Translations under genes and position numbers: made by a program | In this document: piece after piece, positions 1-13,000 of the stretch | Layout of the letters: each line of letters starts with the position of its first letter | How positions within the stretch are numbered: the first letter of the stretch is position 1 | Notes under the pieces: model-generated | Told to the model about the DNA's origin: nothing | The model's database searches: none | What the model saw: only the letters and a program-made list of their open reading frames with translations | Source: Prorocentrum cordatum | Lineage: Eukaryota | NCBI GenBank assembly: GCA_963575745.1 | Contig: CAUYUJ010000155.1 | Coordinates: 1 to 64,000, forward strand | DNA: 64,000 nt | Direction: 5' to 3'

Positions 1-1540
1 CCTCCTCCTCCTCCTCCTCTTCTTCTTCTTCTTCTTATTATTCTTCTTCTTCTTCGTCTTATTATTCTTCTTATTCTTATTATTATTATTATTCTTCTTA
101 TTCTTATTCTTCTTCTTATTATTATTCGTATTCTTCTTCTTATTCTTCTTATTCTTCTTATTATTCTTCTTCTTCTTATTATTATTATTATTTTTCTTCT
201 TCTTATTCTTCTTAATCTTCTTATTATTATTCTTCTTCGTATTCTTCTTATTCTTATTATTCTTGTTCTTCTTCTTATTATGCTTATTCTTCTTCTTCTT
301 CTTCTTCTTGTTCTTCTTATTCTTCTTCTTCTTATTATTACTCTTCTTCTTCTTCTTATTATTCTTCGTCTTCTTTTTCGTCTTCTTCTTCTTCTTCTTC
401 TTCTTCTTCCTCCTCCTCCTCCTCCTCCTCCTCCTCCTCCTCCTCCTCCTCCTCCTCCTCCTCCTCCTCTCCTCTCCTCCTCCTCCTCCTCCTCCTCCTC
501 CTCCTCCTCATCCTCCTCCTCCTCCTCTCCTCCTCCTCCTCCTCCTCCTCCTCCTCCTCCTCCTCCTCCTCCCCTCTCTCTCCTCCTCCTCCTACATCCT
601 CACTCCTCGCTCCTCCTCCTACTCATCCTCCTCCTCCTCCTCCTCCTCCTCCTCCTCCTCCTCCTCATCCTCTCTCCTCCTCCTCCTCCTCCTCCCTCCT
701 CTCCTCCTCCCTCCTCCTCCTCTCCTCCTCTCCTCCTCCCTCCTCCTCATCCGCCTCCTCCTCTCCTCCTCCTCCTCCTCCTCCTCCTCCTCCTCCTCCT
801 CCTCCAGGGGAGCCGGAGCGAGGGGGGATCCCGGCACGCGCAGGCCGCGACGGCAAGGCCGCCCGCGCCGCCGCCCGCCCGGCCCCGCCCCCTACCCATC
901 CCCTCCTCGGGGGCGGCGGAGAGGGGGGGTGGTGACTGGGGGGGGTGGTGACTGGGGATCCCCTCCGCCTCCTCCTCCTCCTCCTCCTCTCCTCCTCCTC
1001 CTCCTCCTCCCCTCTCCTCCTCCTCCTCCTCTCCTCCGCCTCCTCCTCTTCCTCCTCCTCCCTCCCTCTCATCCTCCTCTCCTCCTCCTCCTCCTCCTCC
1101 TCCTCCTCCTCCCTCCTCCTCCTCCTCTCCTCCTCCTCCTCCTCCTCCTCCTCCTCCTCCTCCTCCTCCTCCTCCTCCTCCTGCTCCTCCTCGCCTCCTC
1201 CTCCTCCTCCTCCTCCTCCTCCTCCTCCTCATCATCCTCCTCCTCATCCTCCCCCTCCTCTTATTAGTATTGTCATTAGTATTGTTAGTATGCTTACTAC
1301 TAGTAGTATTAATACTTGTTGTCTTATCATGGTTATCGTTTTATTCGTACTACTCGTATTAATGTCGTATTATTATGAATGGATTTCTTCGTGATTCTAC
1401 TATCATGATTCGTATTAGTATTATTCGTATAAGTATTCGTATGCGTCGTCTTACTAGTACTATGATTGTTTATTAGTATTAGCATTCGTATGATTAGTAT
1501 GATTCCTCGTCCTCTTCCTCCTCCTCCTCCTCCTCCTCCA
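1..1540. repeat. Compound microsatellite (TTC/TTA)n, (CCT)n and degenerate (TAT/TAG)n
   Basis: Directly visible. Similar (CCT)n/(GAG)n tracts occur at 2185-2590, 3905-4025, 21365-21690, 31670-31860, 37560-37950, 55110-55500, 57065-57600 and 62380-62510. Confidence 0.97.
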
Positions 1541-3436
1541 GGACCCTTCTCCTCCAGGACCCGGTGCCTTCATGCCGACCTTCGGCAGCCCTTGAGGCCT
1601 CCGAGAGGTCGCCGAAGGTCTCCACAGGCCCCCCCTGGAGGCCTCCAGAGGCCCTGGCAGGCCTCTAGAGGCCCCTGGGAGCATCAGACAAGGGTCCAAA
1701 ATCTGGCTTTAAAACCTCCATCCTCTTCCCCTTATAATACCTCGATCCTCTTCCCCTTCGCTCGATAATCTTCCTACTCCCGTTCCTCCTTCTCTTCCTC
1801 CTCGTCCAACTCCTCTCTCGAAATCCCCTCAAGTTCGGCCCTAGGACCTCCATCCTGGAGCTGCGTCTGGCCGTGGCGACGAGAACCTCTAGAAAGGCCA
1901 AAAACACCCCAAGACGACGACCACCACCACCACCACCACGACGGCGACGACGACGGATGAGAACAACAGCCGCCCGAAAGCCTTGCTTTCGCATGCTCAT
2001 GCTGTCGAGCATCGCTCCACATCGCGTGGCGGGGGGCGCAGCGCGTCATCTCTGCACAAGCCCTGGAGAGCCTCTTGAGCGCAGGGAGCCTCTTGAGCAC
2101 ACAAGACGCCCACAGAGAGAGACGGCGGAGGGGCAGCCGAGCCGCCGGGCCCAAGCCCACTCAAAACCGGTCCCTGGACCCCCTTGTCCTCCTCCTCCTC
2201 CTACTCCTCCTCCTCTCCCTCCTCCTCATCCCCCTCCTCCTCCTCCCTCCCCCTCTCCTTCCCTCCCTCCCTCCCTCTCCTCCTCCTCCTCCTCCTCTCT
2301 CATCCTCCTCCTCCACTCCTCCTCCTCCTCCTCCTCCTCCTCCTCCTCCTCCTCCTCCCTCCCTCCCTCCTCCCTCCCTCCCTCCCTCCCTCCCTCCTCC
2401 TCCTCCTCCTCCTCCTCCTCCTCACTCCTCCTCTCTCCTCCTCCTCCTCCTCCTCTCCTCCTCCTCCTCTCCTCCTCCTCCTCCTCCTCCTCCCCTCCTC
2501 CTCCGCCTCCTCCTCCGCCTCCTCCTCCTCTCCTCTCCTCCTCCTCCGCCTCCTCCTCCTCCGCCTCCTCCTCCTCCTCCTCCTCCCCGCCTGATCGGGC
2601 TTCCGACAGTCCAAAACGGCCCTAGAGGCCTCCGATGCGGCCCAAGAGGCCCTCAAGACGGTCTCGGAAGCCTCCAGGACGGCCCCACGAGGGCACCGAC
2701 ACGGCCCAGCAGACCTCCAACATGGCGACGCGAAAGCGCCCCAAGACGACGCCAAAATCTTGGCTACATCCTGACCCGCTTCGAGGCAGATCCAGCCGTG
2801 GCGACGAGAAGCTGGGACGAGCATGTCATGAGAAAGTTGGCTCAGGATGCGCTCCAGGTTTTCCAGAGAGTACCTAGCGACGTAGCCAGTGCAGAACGCT
2901 AGCAAGTACGGGAATTCCTGGGAACCTTGGAGAGTCCAGGAACGCATCATTATCTTGACCCCGTGCTCATCTCAGAAGCATCCATGGTGAACGTCATCTT
3001 ATTCGGCGGTTCGACATTGGGCGTAAGGAGGGGGTGGGAGGGGGGGGAGGTCTGGCTCTGGACCTCTGCTTAATGCGACTGTTTGCAACAGTGCGTCCTA
3101 TGGGGGAAACTCCACGTGCTTGAAACAGGCGCCAAAGACAGCCAAGATCTGCTACACGGGGGGGGAGGGGGTGCGAGGGCCCGCGCCCATCGGCAAAACA
3201 GTGGGCAAGAGAACGACCACGCGAAGCCCGACAACAGGACGGACAGATCGCCAGGAGATCGGCCGCCGCTGCCCCGTCGGGCCTGCGGCAGGTTGTCGTC
3301 GTGCCGACCCCTGGCGATGGCTCTCTGACACCGCGTGCATCGTTCAGCCTCGAAAGATCGGCGGCTTTTCGATCGCCCGATCGCTCCGTAGAGGCCGATT
3401 CTGGGCCACCGGCCGCACTCAACCTGCAAACCAGAA

Positions 3437-3655
3437 GAAGAAAAACCGGCATAAACATAAACTTTTGGCGCTCCGCGCCGATCTCTTGGATCCGCGCTGG
3501 GCCTCCCTCCCTGGCGCGCGGAGCGCGCCAGGGGCGGCGCCGGAGGGGCCGCCAGGGGGGGGGGGGCCAGCGCGGAGCCAAGAAATCCTGGACGAGCGCC
3601 AAAACTTTATCTTTACGCCGCACCAAAACTTCAATGCTTACGCCAGTGTTTCTCC
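3437..3655. mobile_element. Fold-back MITE
   Basis: AAAACCGGCATAAACATAAACTTTTGGCGCTC pairs with GAGCGCCAAAACTTTATCTTTACGCCG..CCAGTGTTT; inner arms CTTGGATCCGCGCTGG / CCAGCGCGGAGCCAAG. Confidence 0.65.
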
Positions 3656-4389
3656 TTCGATGAAGGCCCGCGGCGGGGTCGCCGCCGGTCGACGCGACGC
3701 GGGCCCACGGTGCCCCGCCCGGGGGGGCGGCGGCCGCGCCATTTCCCTGCCCCAGGCACGCACACCAGGGGTCCGCAGCAGGCCCGCCGCCAACGAGGGG
3801 CGCGCGCTCGCGCGCGCGCCGCCCCTTCGAGGGGCCCGGGCGGGGCGGGGCGGGGCGGGGCGGGGCGGAGGAGGAGCGAGGCGGAGGAGGACGAGGCTGG
3901 GGCCCTCCTCCCCTCCCTCCTCTCCTCCTGCCTCCTCCTCCTCCTCCTCCTCCTCCTCCTCCTCCCTCCTCTCCTCCTCCTCCTCCTCCTCCTCCTCCTC
4001 CTCCTCCTCCTCCTCGCTCCTCCTCCGGACGAGAGGGTGGCGGCGGCAATGGCAGTGCCGAAACGCGCCCAGAGTCCAGCAAGAGGGCGCAAACCCGACT
4101 CGTCTGCCTGATGCTCTGGGGGGGCCTGTGCTGAGGGGAGGCTGTGGCACCGCTCAACGATGTGCTGTTTAACCGAATCTGCTGGGTGGGCCCTTCTGTT
4201 GCTCTGCTGTGGCGCGGCACCATAGACGGCGTCGGCGATTTCGCCTCCACCGCTGCGACACCCCATCGTGCGCACTGAGCACCATGCCGCACCTGATGTC
4301 TCCAGCAGCCAGGTCGCACAACTTCGCACCAGCCCCACGCGACGACATCCAACACAACATGATCGATAATGTTTACTCCGCTTGCTTTC

Positions 4390-4595
4390 GACGCCCGAAA
4401 TGGGCACGGAAAAAATGGCCATAATGCCCAACAAAAAATGTTGTCCCAAATCAAGAGATGCCGCTGTTGGGCAGGCGGCCTTCTGTCTCGAATGGACGCA
4501 GGCCGCGGCGGCGCCGACAGCGAGTCCTGTTCAAAATGAACAAGATCCGCTGTTGGGCATTGGTACCCATTCTTTCCGTGCCCATTTCGTTCGTG
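4390..4595. mobile_element. MITE, ~46-bp imperfect TIRs (GACGCCCGAAATGGGYACGGAAA...)
   Basis: Self-complementary ends; homologous over its full length to 32079-32283. Confidence 0.82.
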
Positions 4596-4917
4596 AAGAC
4601 TTGCTTGTATCATGATACCTCGGAGTGGTTCATCTGGTTCTGCCTGCTCGCACCAGCAGGGATACCTGAGATCACTGGCGCGGCAAGGTCGGCGTCGCGA
4701 GTGCCCAGCCCAGGCCCCTGCAAACGGGGGGCGTCAGTGACCGGGGCGGCAGCTCAGGGGCCTCGTCGAGCGAGGACGGGGTGACGGGGCAGTTGCCTCG
4801 CACTAGTGCGTGATGAGTCGGGGCGACAAGCACGTCGAGACATCATCATAACTCTGGGCGGGGGGGGGGTACCTGGCACTTGTGCGCGGCAGATCAGATG
4901 TTTGAAAACAACATCAG

Positions 4918-5081
4918 GTCGGGCATGTCCTCCTACGGGCGGACTTTGGATGAGAAGGGAAAAAAAATGATCCAACAATGCTCAAAAACACTCCCCCCCA
5001 AAAGAAGGTCTTAGAAAAACCGTCCCCAGACTGTCCTTCGACTACGTTTGAATACTCCTCCTGTCGAGGGACACGCCCGAC
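4918..5081. mobile_element. MITE, TIR GTCGGGCRTGTCCCYCTAC, 4-bp flanks TCAG/TCAA
   Basis: Terminal inverted repeats; homologous to 5227-6566 and 40363-40508. Confidence 0.78.
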
Positions 5082-5226
5082 TCAAAAACACCACTGAAAA
5101 CGCACCCTTTGCTGCCAGCCCGTTGGCCAACGCCCCCGCTTGCAGGGGCTCCTCGGCCCAGCCGGACCTCACCTGCTGCGCTCCTCGCCGGAGGCCCGTA
5201 GGGCCGCCTGCCCCGCCTCGTCGTAA

Positions 5227-6566
5227 GTCGGGACTGTCCCCCATACAGGGGGGAGTTTGGACGAAAAATAAAAAATATTAAAAAAACACTCAAAACATGC
5301 CCAAAAATACTCAAAAAATAGCTTCCAGACTATTTCCCTACCTAGGCTCTGCCTAGAAGGGTTCTTACCGGGTAAGCTTAAGGGGCCGGGCAGTGTACCC
5401 CGCCCCAGGCGGTTCCCCCGGCATCCGCCCCGCGGTTCCCCCAGTTGCGCCCCCTGGGTTCACCCAGCTTAGCTTAGCTAAGCTTAGCTTAGCTTATCTC
5501 ATCTTAGTTTAGCTTAGCTTAGCTTAGCTTAGCGTATCTCATATTAGCTTAGCTTAGCTTAGCTTAGCGTATCTCATATTAGCTTAGCTTAGCTTAGCTT
5601 AGCTTGGTTTAGCTTAGCTTAGCTTAGCTTAGCGTAGCCTAGCTTAGCTTAGCTTAGCTTCGCTTAGCTTAGCTTATGTTAGCTTATCTTAGCGCAGCAT
5701 AGCGCAGCGCAGCATTAGCACAGCATAGCATAGCATAGCATTGCTTAGCATAGCCAAACATAGCATAGCTCAGCATATCATAGCATAGCAGAGCATAGCA
5801 TAGCGCAGCATAGCATCTCATAGCATATCATAGCAATGCTTAGCATAGCACAGTGCAGCATAGCATTGCATAGCACAGCATAGCATAGCATAGCATAACA
5901 TAGCATAGCCCAGCATAGCATTGCGCAGCATAGCATAGCATAGCATAGCATAGCACAGCACAGCACAGCACAGCACAGCATAGCATAGCGCAGCACAGCA
6001 TCCACTATTGCTGCTGCTAATGTTGCTTCCCTAGAGGCTCCAACTCCTAGGTAGGGTCGCACTGGTATAATTTTTGACTATTTTTGAACATTCCCCCTAC
6101 AGGGGGAGCTTGGACGAAAAATAAAAAATATTTGAAAAATGCTCAAAACATGCCCCTAACATATTCAAAAAATAGTCCCCAGACCATGTTTTGCCTATTT
6201 TCCCCAATCAGAGCTTGCCTCTGTAGGGGTCCTAGCGGATTCATATGGTTAGGTCAGGTTTGCCGCCGATTTTCGCTGCACGCCCGGGTGCCCGGGTGCC
6301 CGGGGGTGAGGTTGGCCGCCGATTTTCGCTGCACGCCCGGGTGCCCGGGGGGGGCCCGGGGGGCCCGGGTGCCCGGGTGCCTGGGTGCCCCGGTGCCCGG
6401 GGGTGCCCGGGGGTGCCCTATAGCCCAATAGCCCTATAGCCCTACAACACTATAGCCCTATAGCTCAAAAGCCCTATAGCCCTATAGCCCCCTAGCCCTG
6501 TAGCCCTGATTGGGGTTTTTCTCCGGTATCATTTGAACGTTCCCCCTGTAGAGGGACAGGCCCGAC
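5227..6566. mobile_element. Composite MITE (same family, TSD GTAA) containing two nested TIR elements
   Basis: GTAA at 5223-5226 and 6567-6570. Nested elements: 5336-6056 (TIR CCCTACCTAGG) and 6202-6515 (TIR CCCCAATCAGRGCT, TTTT flanks). Confidence 0.78.
5467..6000. repeat. Pentanucleotide satellite (CTTAG)n grading into (CATAG)n/(CACAG)n
   Basis: Directly visible; lies inside the TIR element 5336-6056. Confidence 0.95.
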
Positions 6567-6932
6567 GTAAGCCTCGTCGGCCTCTCGCTGCGACCCGGGC
6601 GCACGGCTCTCTCTCTCTCGCTCTCTCTTGCCGGCGCTCTCGACGGAGTGGAGGCGGTCCCTGGCCTCGGGGAGTCTCACTCCACCCGTCCCTCCCTTCC
6701 TCACCCACGGGCGTGGAGTCAGCGCGACCCCACCACACACACACACACACACGGATACGGAACTGATGTGCAGACCGCCACAGGTCGGAGTCGATGTGCA
6801 GATCTGCCACCAGGAGAGGGAGAGAGAGAGAGAGAGGGAGAGAGGAGAGAGAGAGAGAGAACTCTATATATATAATGAGAGAGGTAGAGGAAACGAGAAA
6901 GAGAAAGAGAGAGAGAGAGAGCGAGAGCGAGG

Positions 6933-6963
<31 letters not shown>

Positions 6964-8094
6964 CGAGGGAGAAAGAGAGAGAGAGAGAGCGAGAGCGAGG
7001 GAGAGAGAGAGAGAGCGAGAGCGAGGGAGAGAGAGAGAGAAGGAGAGAGAGAGAGAGAGGGAAAGAGAGAGAGAGAGATGGAGACACAGGGTGAAAAAAG
7101 AAAGACAGAGAGGGATAAATACAGAGAGAGAGAACAAAAAAGAGAAAGAGGGATATAAGCAGGAGGTGAGGAGAACATGCCGTTGAAATCCACCCGTCTC
7201 CCTCTGCGCCAGAGGCCTAAACGCCTGATCGGGCAAGCACGGGAAGCGCCGAGCTTGTCCACTGGGCTCGAAGGGGGGGGCAAAAGAAAAGGATGACGGG
7301 GACGACAAGGCGGTGGATGTCGAGGATGGCAGCGCGGACGACGGGGAGGGCAGCGAGGGAGGCAGAGGGACAACGAGCAGGAAGGCGAGCGCGACGACGA
7401 GGAAGCGATGGAGGAGGACGAGCACGAGGAGGAACGAAAGCGGAGGAAGAGGAAAAAGAGGAGGAGGAGAAGAAGAAGAAGAAGAAGAAGAAGAAGGACG
7501 ACGACGACGAGGAAGGACGGTAAGGAGCCCGACAAAAAAGGACGTCGAAGAAGAGTGGGGTCCTCGTGATCGTTTGAGGCTACCCTGTGGTCTGTTGAGG
7601 CCGTCTGAGGCTATCTTGGGGCATCCTGGGGGCCTCTTGGGGGCCTGTCGGGGTCCTCTTGGGAGCTACTCTGGTCTTCTGGGGCTGTCTGGGCATGTCT
7701 TAGGGTTCTATAGGGGGCTCTCTCAGGCCATCTTGGCGCCATCTTGGGCTGTTGTTGGCCGTCTTGGGGCCTTCTTGGGCAGTCCTGGGGACTCTTCGGG
7801 CGCTCCTGGGGGCCTCTGGGCGGCTCTTGGGGCATCTTGGGGGTCTTTTGGGGCACTTTGGGGGTCCATGGGAGGGCCTTCGGGGGCTCTCTGGGGCCGC
7901 TTTGAGGCTCTCCAGGGGCGATTCCAAAATAATGCTGGTTCGGAGCCCCTTCCCGAGCCGATTCTGTTGAGGATGTCCCTAGCGAAATGGTAATTTTTCA
8001 GACACCCATCCAGACAAGAGCGGAAGCGCCGCTTCTCTGAGTTGGAGTGCGCGCTCGCACGGCCTTGCACGCCACGCGACATGGGTACACATGG

Positions 8095-8720
8095 GGCACC
8101 CACAGTTCAACAGCTACCTGCTGCTACACCACACCATGGTAGCAAACGCACTCAGCAGCGAACGTGCCCGCAATACAATTGCCTCTGGCAGCGAACGACT
8201 TAGATTTCAACTGCAAACGAGCCACAGCAGACGTACCCGCATTTCAACAGCTACAAGCAGCTACACCACACCATCAAACAAACGCAATCAACAACAAATG
8301 AACTCACATGTAAATTAACACGGACAGCAAACGAACCATATTTGAACGGCAGAACGGCCGCAGCAAACGTACCCACACTTCAACAGCTACCAGCAGCTAC
8401 ACTACACCATGATGGCAAACGCACTCAGCAGCAAACGTGCCCACATTTCGATTACCGCGGACAGCAAACGAACCACTGTTGGAGGAGAAGGGCCGCAGCA
8501 AACGTACCCACATTTCAACAGCTACCAGCAGCTGCACCACACCATGGTAGCAAAAGCACCCAGCGGAAAACGTGCCCAGTTCAATTGCCACGCGCAGCAA
8601 ACGAACCATATCGAACGGCAGAAGGGCCGCAGCAAACGTACCCACGTTACAAACAGCTACCAGAAACTACAGCACGCCATGGTAGCAAAGCCACTCAGCA
8701 ACACACGTGCCCACATGTCA
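8095..8720. repeat. ~135-bp degenerate tandem repeat
   Basis: Recurrent GCAGCAAACGTACCCACATTTCAACAGCTACCAGCAGCT..ACCATGGTAGCAAA, about 5 copies. Confidence 0.8.
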
Positions 8721-9224
8721 GCCATTAATCCTCCTCCTTCTCATCCTCCTCCCTCCTCCTCCTCCTCCTCCTCCTCCTCCTCCTTCTCCTCCCTCTACTC
8801 CTCCTCGTCGGTTGTTCGAGGATGTCTCGAGCCAGAGCCTCATATACTCAACATAAACGTCTTATCTTGAAAGCAGCTCTTTCGACATCTCAGTTGTTCG
8901 AGGACTTCCCGAGCGAAGCGGCCATTTCTGCGACCGATCTGAACATCTCAATGTTTCAAGGATCTCTCGAGCGAAAGCCCCACTGTTGAACATAAGACGT
9001 CTTCAATCCTCTTCTGCAACATCTCAAAATGGTTGAGGATGCCTCAGGCGAAACGCCTAAAACAATGTAACCTGACCAGACAAGAACGGGAAGCGCCGCT
9101 TCTCTGAGTTCGCGTGCGCGCCAGCACGGATTCGCGCGCAACGCGGAACGGGTGCACATGGGGGTACTGTACCCACATTTCAAAAGCTACCAGCAGCTAC
9201 ACCATACCATGGTAAGAAACGCAC

Positions 9225-10035
9225 TCCTATGTGGTCTGCCGTGCTCCTATCTGATCTGCCGTGCTCCTCTGTGGTTTGCCGTCCTGTGTGGTCTGCCGTG
9301 CTCCTGTGATCTGCCGTGCTCTCATGTGGTCTGCCGTGCGCCTGCGACGTGCTTTGCTGTGCTCCTGTGGTGTGTCGTGCTCCTGCGTGGTCTGCCGCAT
9401 TCTGGTGATATCTGCCGTGCTCCTGCCAACTGCTGTGATCCCGTGGTCTGCCGTGTTCCTGTGGTCTACCGTATTCCTGCGTGGTCTGTTATGCTCCCGT
9501 GGCCTGCCGTCCTCTGATGATATACTGTGCTCCTCCCTGCTCCCATGGTCTGCCGTGCTCCTGTGTAATCTGCCGTGCTCCTGTGTAATCTGCCGTGGTC
9601 CGGCGGGGTCTGCCGCACTCCTGTGTTATCTGCCATGCTCCTATGACGTACCTAAGACATGTGCCGTGCTCCTGTGCGGTCTGCCGAACCATGTGGTCTG
9701 CCGTGATCCTCTGTAATATGCAATGCTCCGGTGTGGTCTGCCGTGCTCTTGTGGTCTGCCATGCTCCTGTGGTCTGCCGATCTCCTGTGGTCTGCCGTGC
9801 CCCTATGGTATGCAATGTTCCTGTGTGGTCGGCTGTACTCATGTGGTCTGCCATGCTCCTGTGGTCTGTCATGCTCCTGTGTGGTGTGCCGTGCTTCTGT
9901 GTGGTCTGCCGTGTTCCTGTGATCTGCCGTGTTCCTATGTGCTCCGTGTGTGATGTGCCGTGATGCGTCTGCTGTGCTCCTGTGCGGTCTGTCGCGCTCC
10001 TATGTGGTCAGCCGTGTTCCTGTGGTCTGCCGTGC
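9225..10035. repeat. 18-20 bp satellite (GTGCTCCTGT[GT]GGTCTGCC)n, left arm
   Basis: Tandem degenerate copies; the array continues at 13060-13355. Confidence 0.9.
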
Positions 10036-13000
10036 TTCCATGTTTCTGGTTCTGCGGGGCCTATAAAGGCTAGAGGGGCACCACTGAGGCGCCAAAGCCC
10101 GAAGCCACCACTGGGCCTGTCCCAGAGGGCCCACGAGGGCCGTCCCCGTGCAGGGCGTGCGCGGCGCAGCACGCGCGAGCCCCAGGAGGCAAAAAAAGGG
10201 CGCGGGCCGCTTCGGACCCAGCGCCACCCAAGGGCCTACTAGGGCCGTCCCCAGGAAGGGCGGAGCCCCAGGAGGCAAAAAAGGCGCGGGCCACCTCGGG
10301 CCTCGCGCCACCCCAGCAGGGCCAAGGAGCCCCAGGGGTCAGGGAGCACAGTCGGCGCGTAGCGGTAGAAACAGCACATCAACGACTCACTCACAGGACA
10401 GAGAGCGGCGCCGCGGACTCCCCAGGCGGGGCACACGCGGCCGCTCAGTCACTATCTCCAACGTCGTCGCGGGGCCGCTTCCTCCGCCTCCTCTCAGCTC
10501 GGGTAGCCTCGCCCACCTCCGCCCAGCTCTGCAGCGCCGCTTCGTCCAGGCGTACGCGTCGAGCCAGGCCTGCCGCGAGCTGGCTGCGTGCCCGCTCGCG
10601 CCTGCAGCGGGCGCCGCACTCGCCGCAGGGGCGGCGGCGGCCGCGCCAGGGCAGCCCGCAGGCCCACCAGCCCCAGCAGGCTCGCCGCCCTTGAGGCAAG
10701 GGGGGCGGATCCCGAGCCAGCCCAGTAAGCGGATCTTGGCATCCGAGGGGACCGACGCCTCCTTACGAAGACGGGGGGCCTCCGACTCCTTGGCCCGCTT
10801 GTTCCCGCTGTGGGCCTTGCCAGCAGGATGCAGGCCACGCGCCCACGGGGACTTCTGATTATTCATGGCCTTGGGCAGGCCAGCCGAGCCAGGACAGCGG
10901 CCCTCGAGCTTGGGCCTCACACCCGCCCTGCCACCGAGCCTAGCGCGGGCGCCGCAGTTGGCGCAGGCCACCAGCTCCAGCTCCTCGTCTGCCGCGCCAC
11001 ATCTGGCGCAGGAGAGGGAGTGGCCAGCGACGGAGAAAGCCACCGCTCCGAGGGCAACCCCGCTAGCGCTTGCAGCCGAGGCCCAGGCTGCCTCCATGCC
11101 AGCGCCGCTTGCAGCACCTCCACCTGGGTGCCGCTGGCGGCCCAGCTGCCCCTCCGCGGGCCCAGCGAAGGAGACGCTCCGCCTCTCGCTCGCCCCAGGA
11201 AGACCCCGGCAGTCCTTGGCCTCGATGCCCTGCCAGATGAGGGGGGCCTGCGCAATCCAGCGGGTGAGCTCCAGCATCACCTCCATCGTGCCGAAAAAAC
11301 TCCCTCCTCGCGATGGCGCTGCACCTGTGGAGGTGCGCGCTAGCCTTGGCCCAGTAGTCCGCGCGGGAGTTGCCCCGCCAGACAGCCTCCGAGATCCTGC
11401 CCTCGCGGACGCCCCGACACTGCAGTGGGCCGCCACCTTCGCGACCGTGAGCACGTCGAGGCCGAGCGATGCATGGATGGCCGACCGGAGGTGCGCGTTC
11501 GGCTTGCCCATCGCCGTCGCGCACCTGCGGCCGAGCTTGAGACAGCTGACGGTGGAGGCGCAGTCGATGCAAAGCTCCTCCACGTTGGGCCCAGCGAAGC
11601 GACTCAGCATCCAGACCGAAGTCCTCGCCGTCCTTGGCCGTCTGGAACGGGCAGAGGTCCATGCGAACGGCGCCGTAGACCGCTGTCTCCAGGTTGGCGT
11701 CCGCGTCGCACTGCACGATGCCCCAGCGCGCTCGGCGGAGGCTCTCGTGCTCGGGGTCAAGGGCTGACCCGTCCAGGAAGAGGCGGCCTCGCAGAAGCCC
11801 GCCCTCAAGTCTATTGACCCACATCACAACCATGTCGTCCGTGCGCCGAGCAGCACAGGGGGGGGGGGCAGGACAACCAGGCACACGCGAAGTTCTCGCC
11901 CGACGCCTCACTGCGGCCCCTGGCCCGACGGGCGCACCTCCGTAGACGATCCGGGACCGAGTCGCGGCGCGCCCCGTCGAAGACAGGGCACTCAAGGAGC
12001 CTGTGCCAGAGGTTGCCGCGCGCAGCTCCACAGGCGCAGCACCGAGGGCGACCCCGCTCGCCAGCGGCGCGCAGGCGGGTCTGCGACCAGCGCGCGTTGG
12101 AGAGGTAGCTCACGACTGCTACTTTCTCCCGCACATCTAACCTGCTGCGAGGGCCGAGAACCTCCGCGAGCGCCCCCCAAAACAACGGCATCGGAGGGGC
12201 AGCTCCGTGCCCCAGGCGCGCCAGCTCAGACCTGTCGGAGGCGCTGCGCGCCCCCGCCGCCGCCAAGAGTCCGAGCTCACGGGGCCCATGAGGAGGAGGG
12301 CCATGGAGTTGCCGTCCTCGGAGAGCAGGTGGCGGCCGTCGATCCCCCAGCCGATCCTGGCCAGGGAGAGGATCAGCGCGTCCACTGGCGTGCAGCAATG
12401 CGCCCACGGCGCCGCGGCGCTGGCGCGCCTCCTGACAGCCTCAGCCTGGCAGACCTCAAACACCCGAAGGGGCACCTCGCCTGTCCGCAGGAGGCTGGTC
12501 GCCAACTGGACTGCCTGGCGCACCAAGGCAGGGCTGGGGTCGAGGTCGCAGGACCTCGGGACCTCCGCCGCCCTGAGCCTCAGCCCGAGCGAAGCACCTT
12601 TCGGCACCTTCCCAGCGGACCTGGCAGCAGCAAGGCGCCAGGCATGCAGCTCTCCGTCTGGCACTCCCGCGACGGCCCGTCCCCGCAGCATTGCCGCCGT
12701 CGGGCCCGCGCGGTGCACCACGACAACAAGCGCCCCTGTCGACTGCAGGACACGCAGCCGCCTGGCACGGCGGCACGGCGCACCCACAGCCGAGACACGT
12801 GGTGCGCCAGTCCCAGTTCCATCCACCGCAGCTGCACATCCAGTAGGACCTGCTGCGCCTGCCACTGCTGCCGCCTCGCGAGGGGCGCGCCATGGCCACA
12901 GCAGCGCAGGCCGACAGGCCGCGCCCCCGCGCCGCGAAGACGGGGAGCACAACGCTGAAGTGCACTGGCTCAAAGCGCGGAGACCCTCGCGCTCGAAGCG

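Noticed and set aside
263..2950. Long poly-Leu/Pro/Ser/Glu/Arg ORFs here and throughout the window (e.g. 19277-20489, 35790-38660, 55064-57640)
   Set aside because: They are translations of stop-free trinucleotide microsatellites and GC-rich repeats, with no domain content.
4795..4840. Hammerhead-ribozyme-like motif (TGATGAGTC..GAC)
   Set aside because: The core lacks the C of CUGAUGA and the GAAA, and stem III cannot form.
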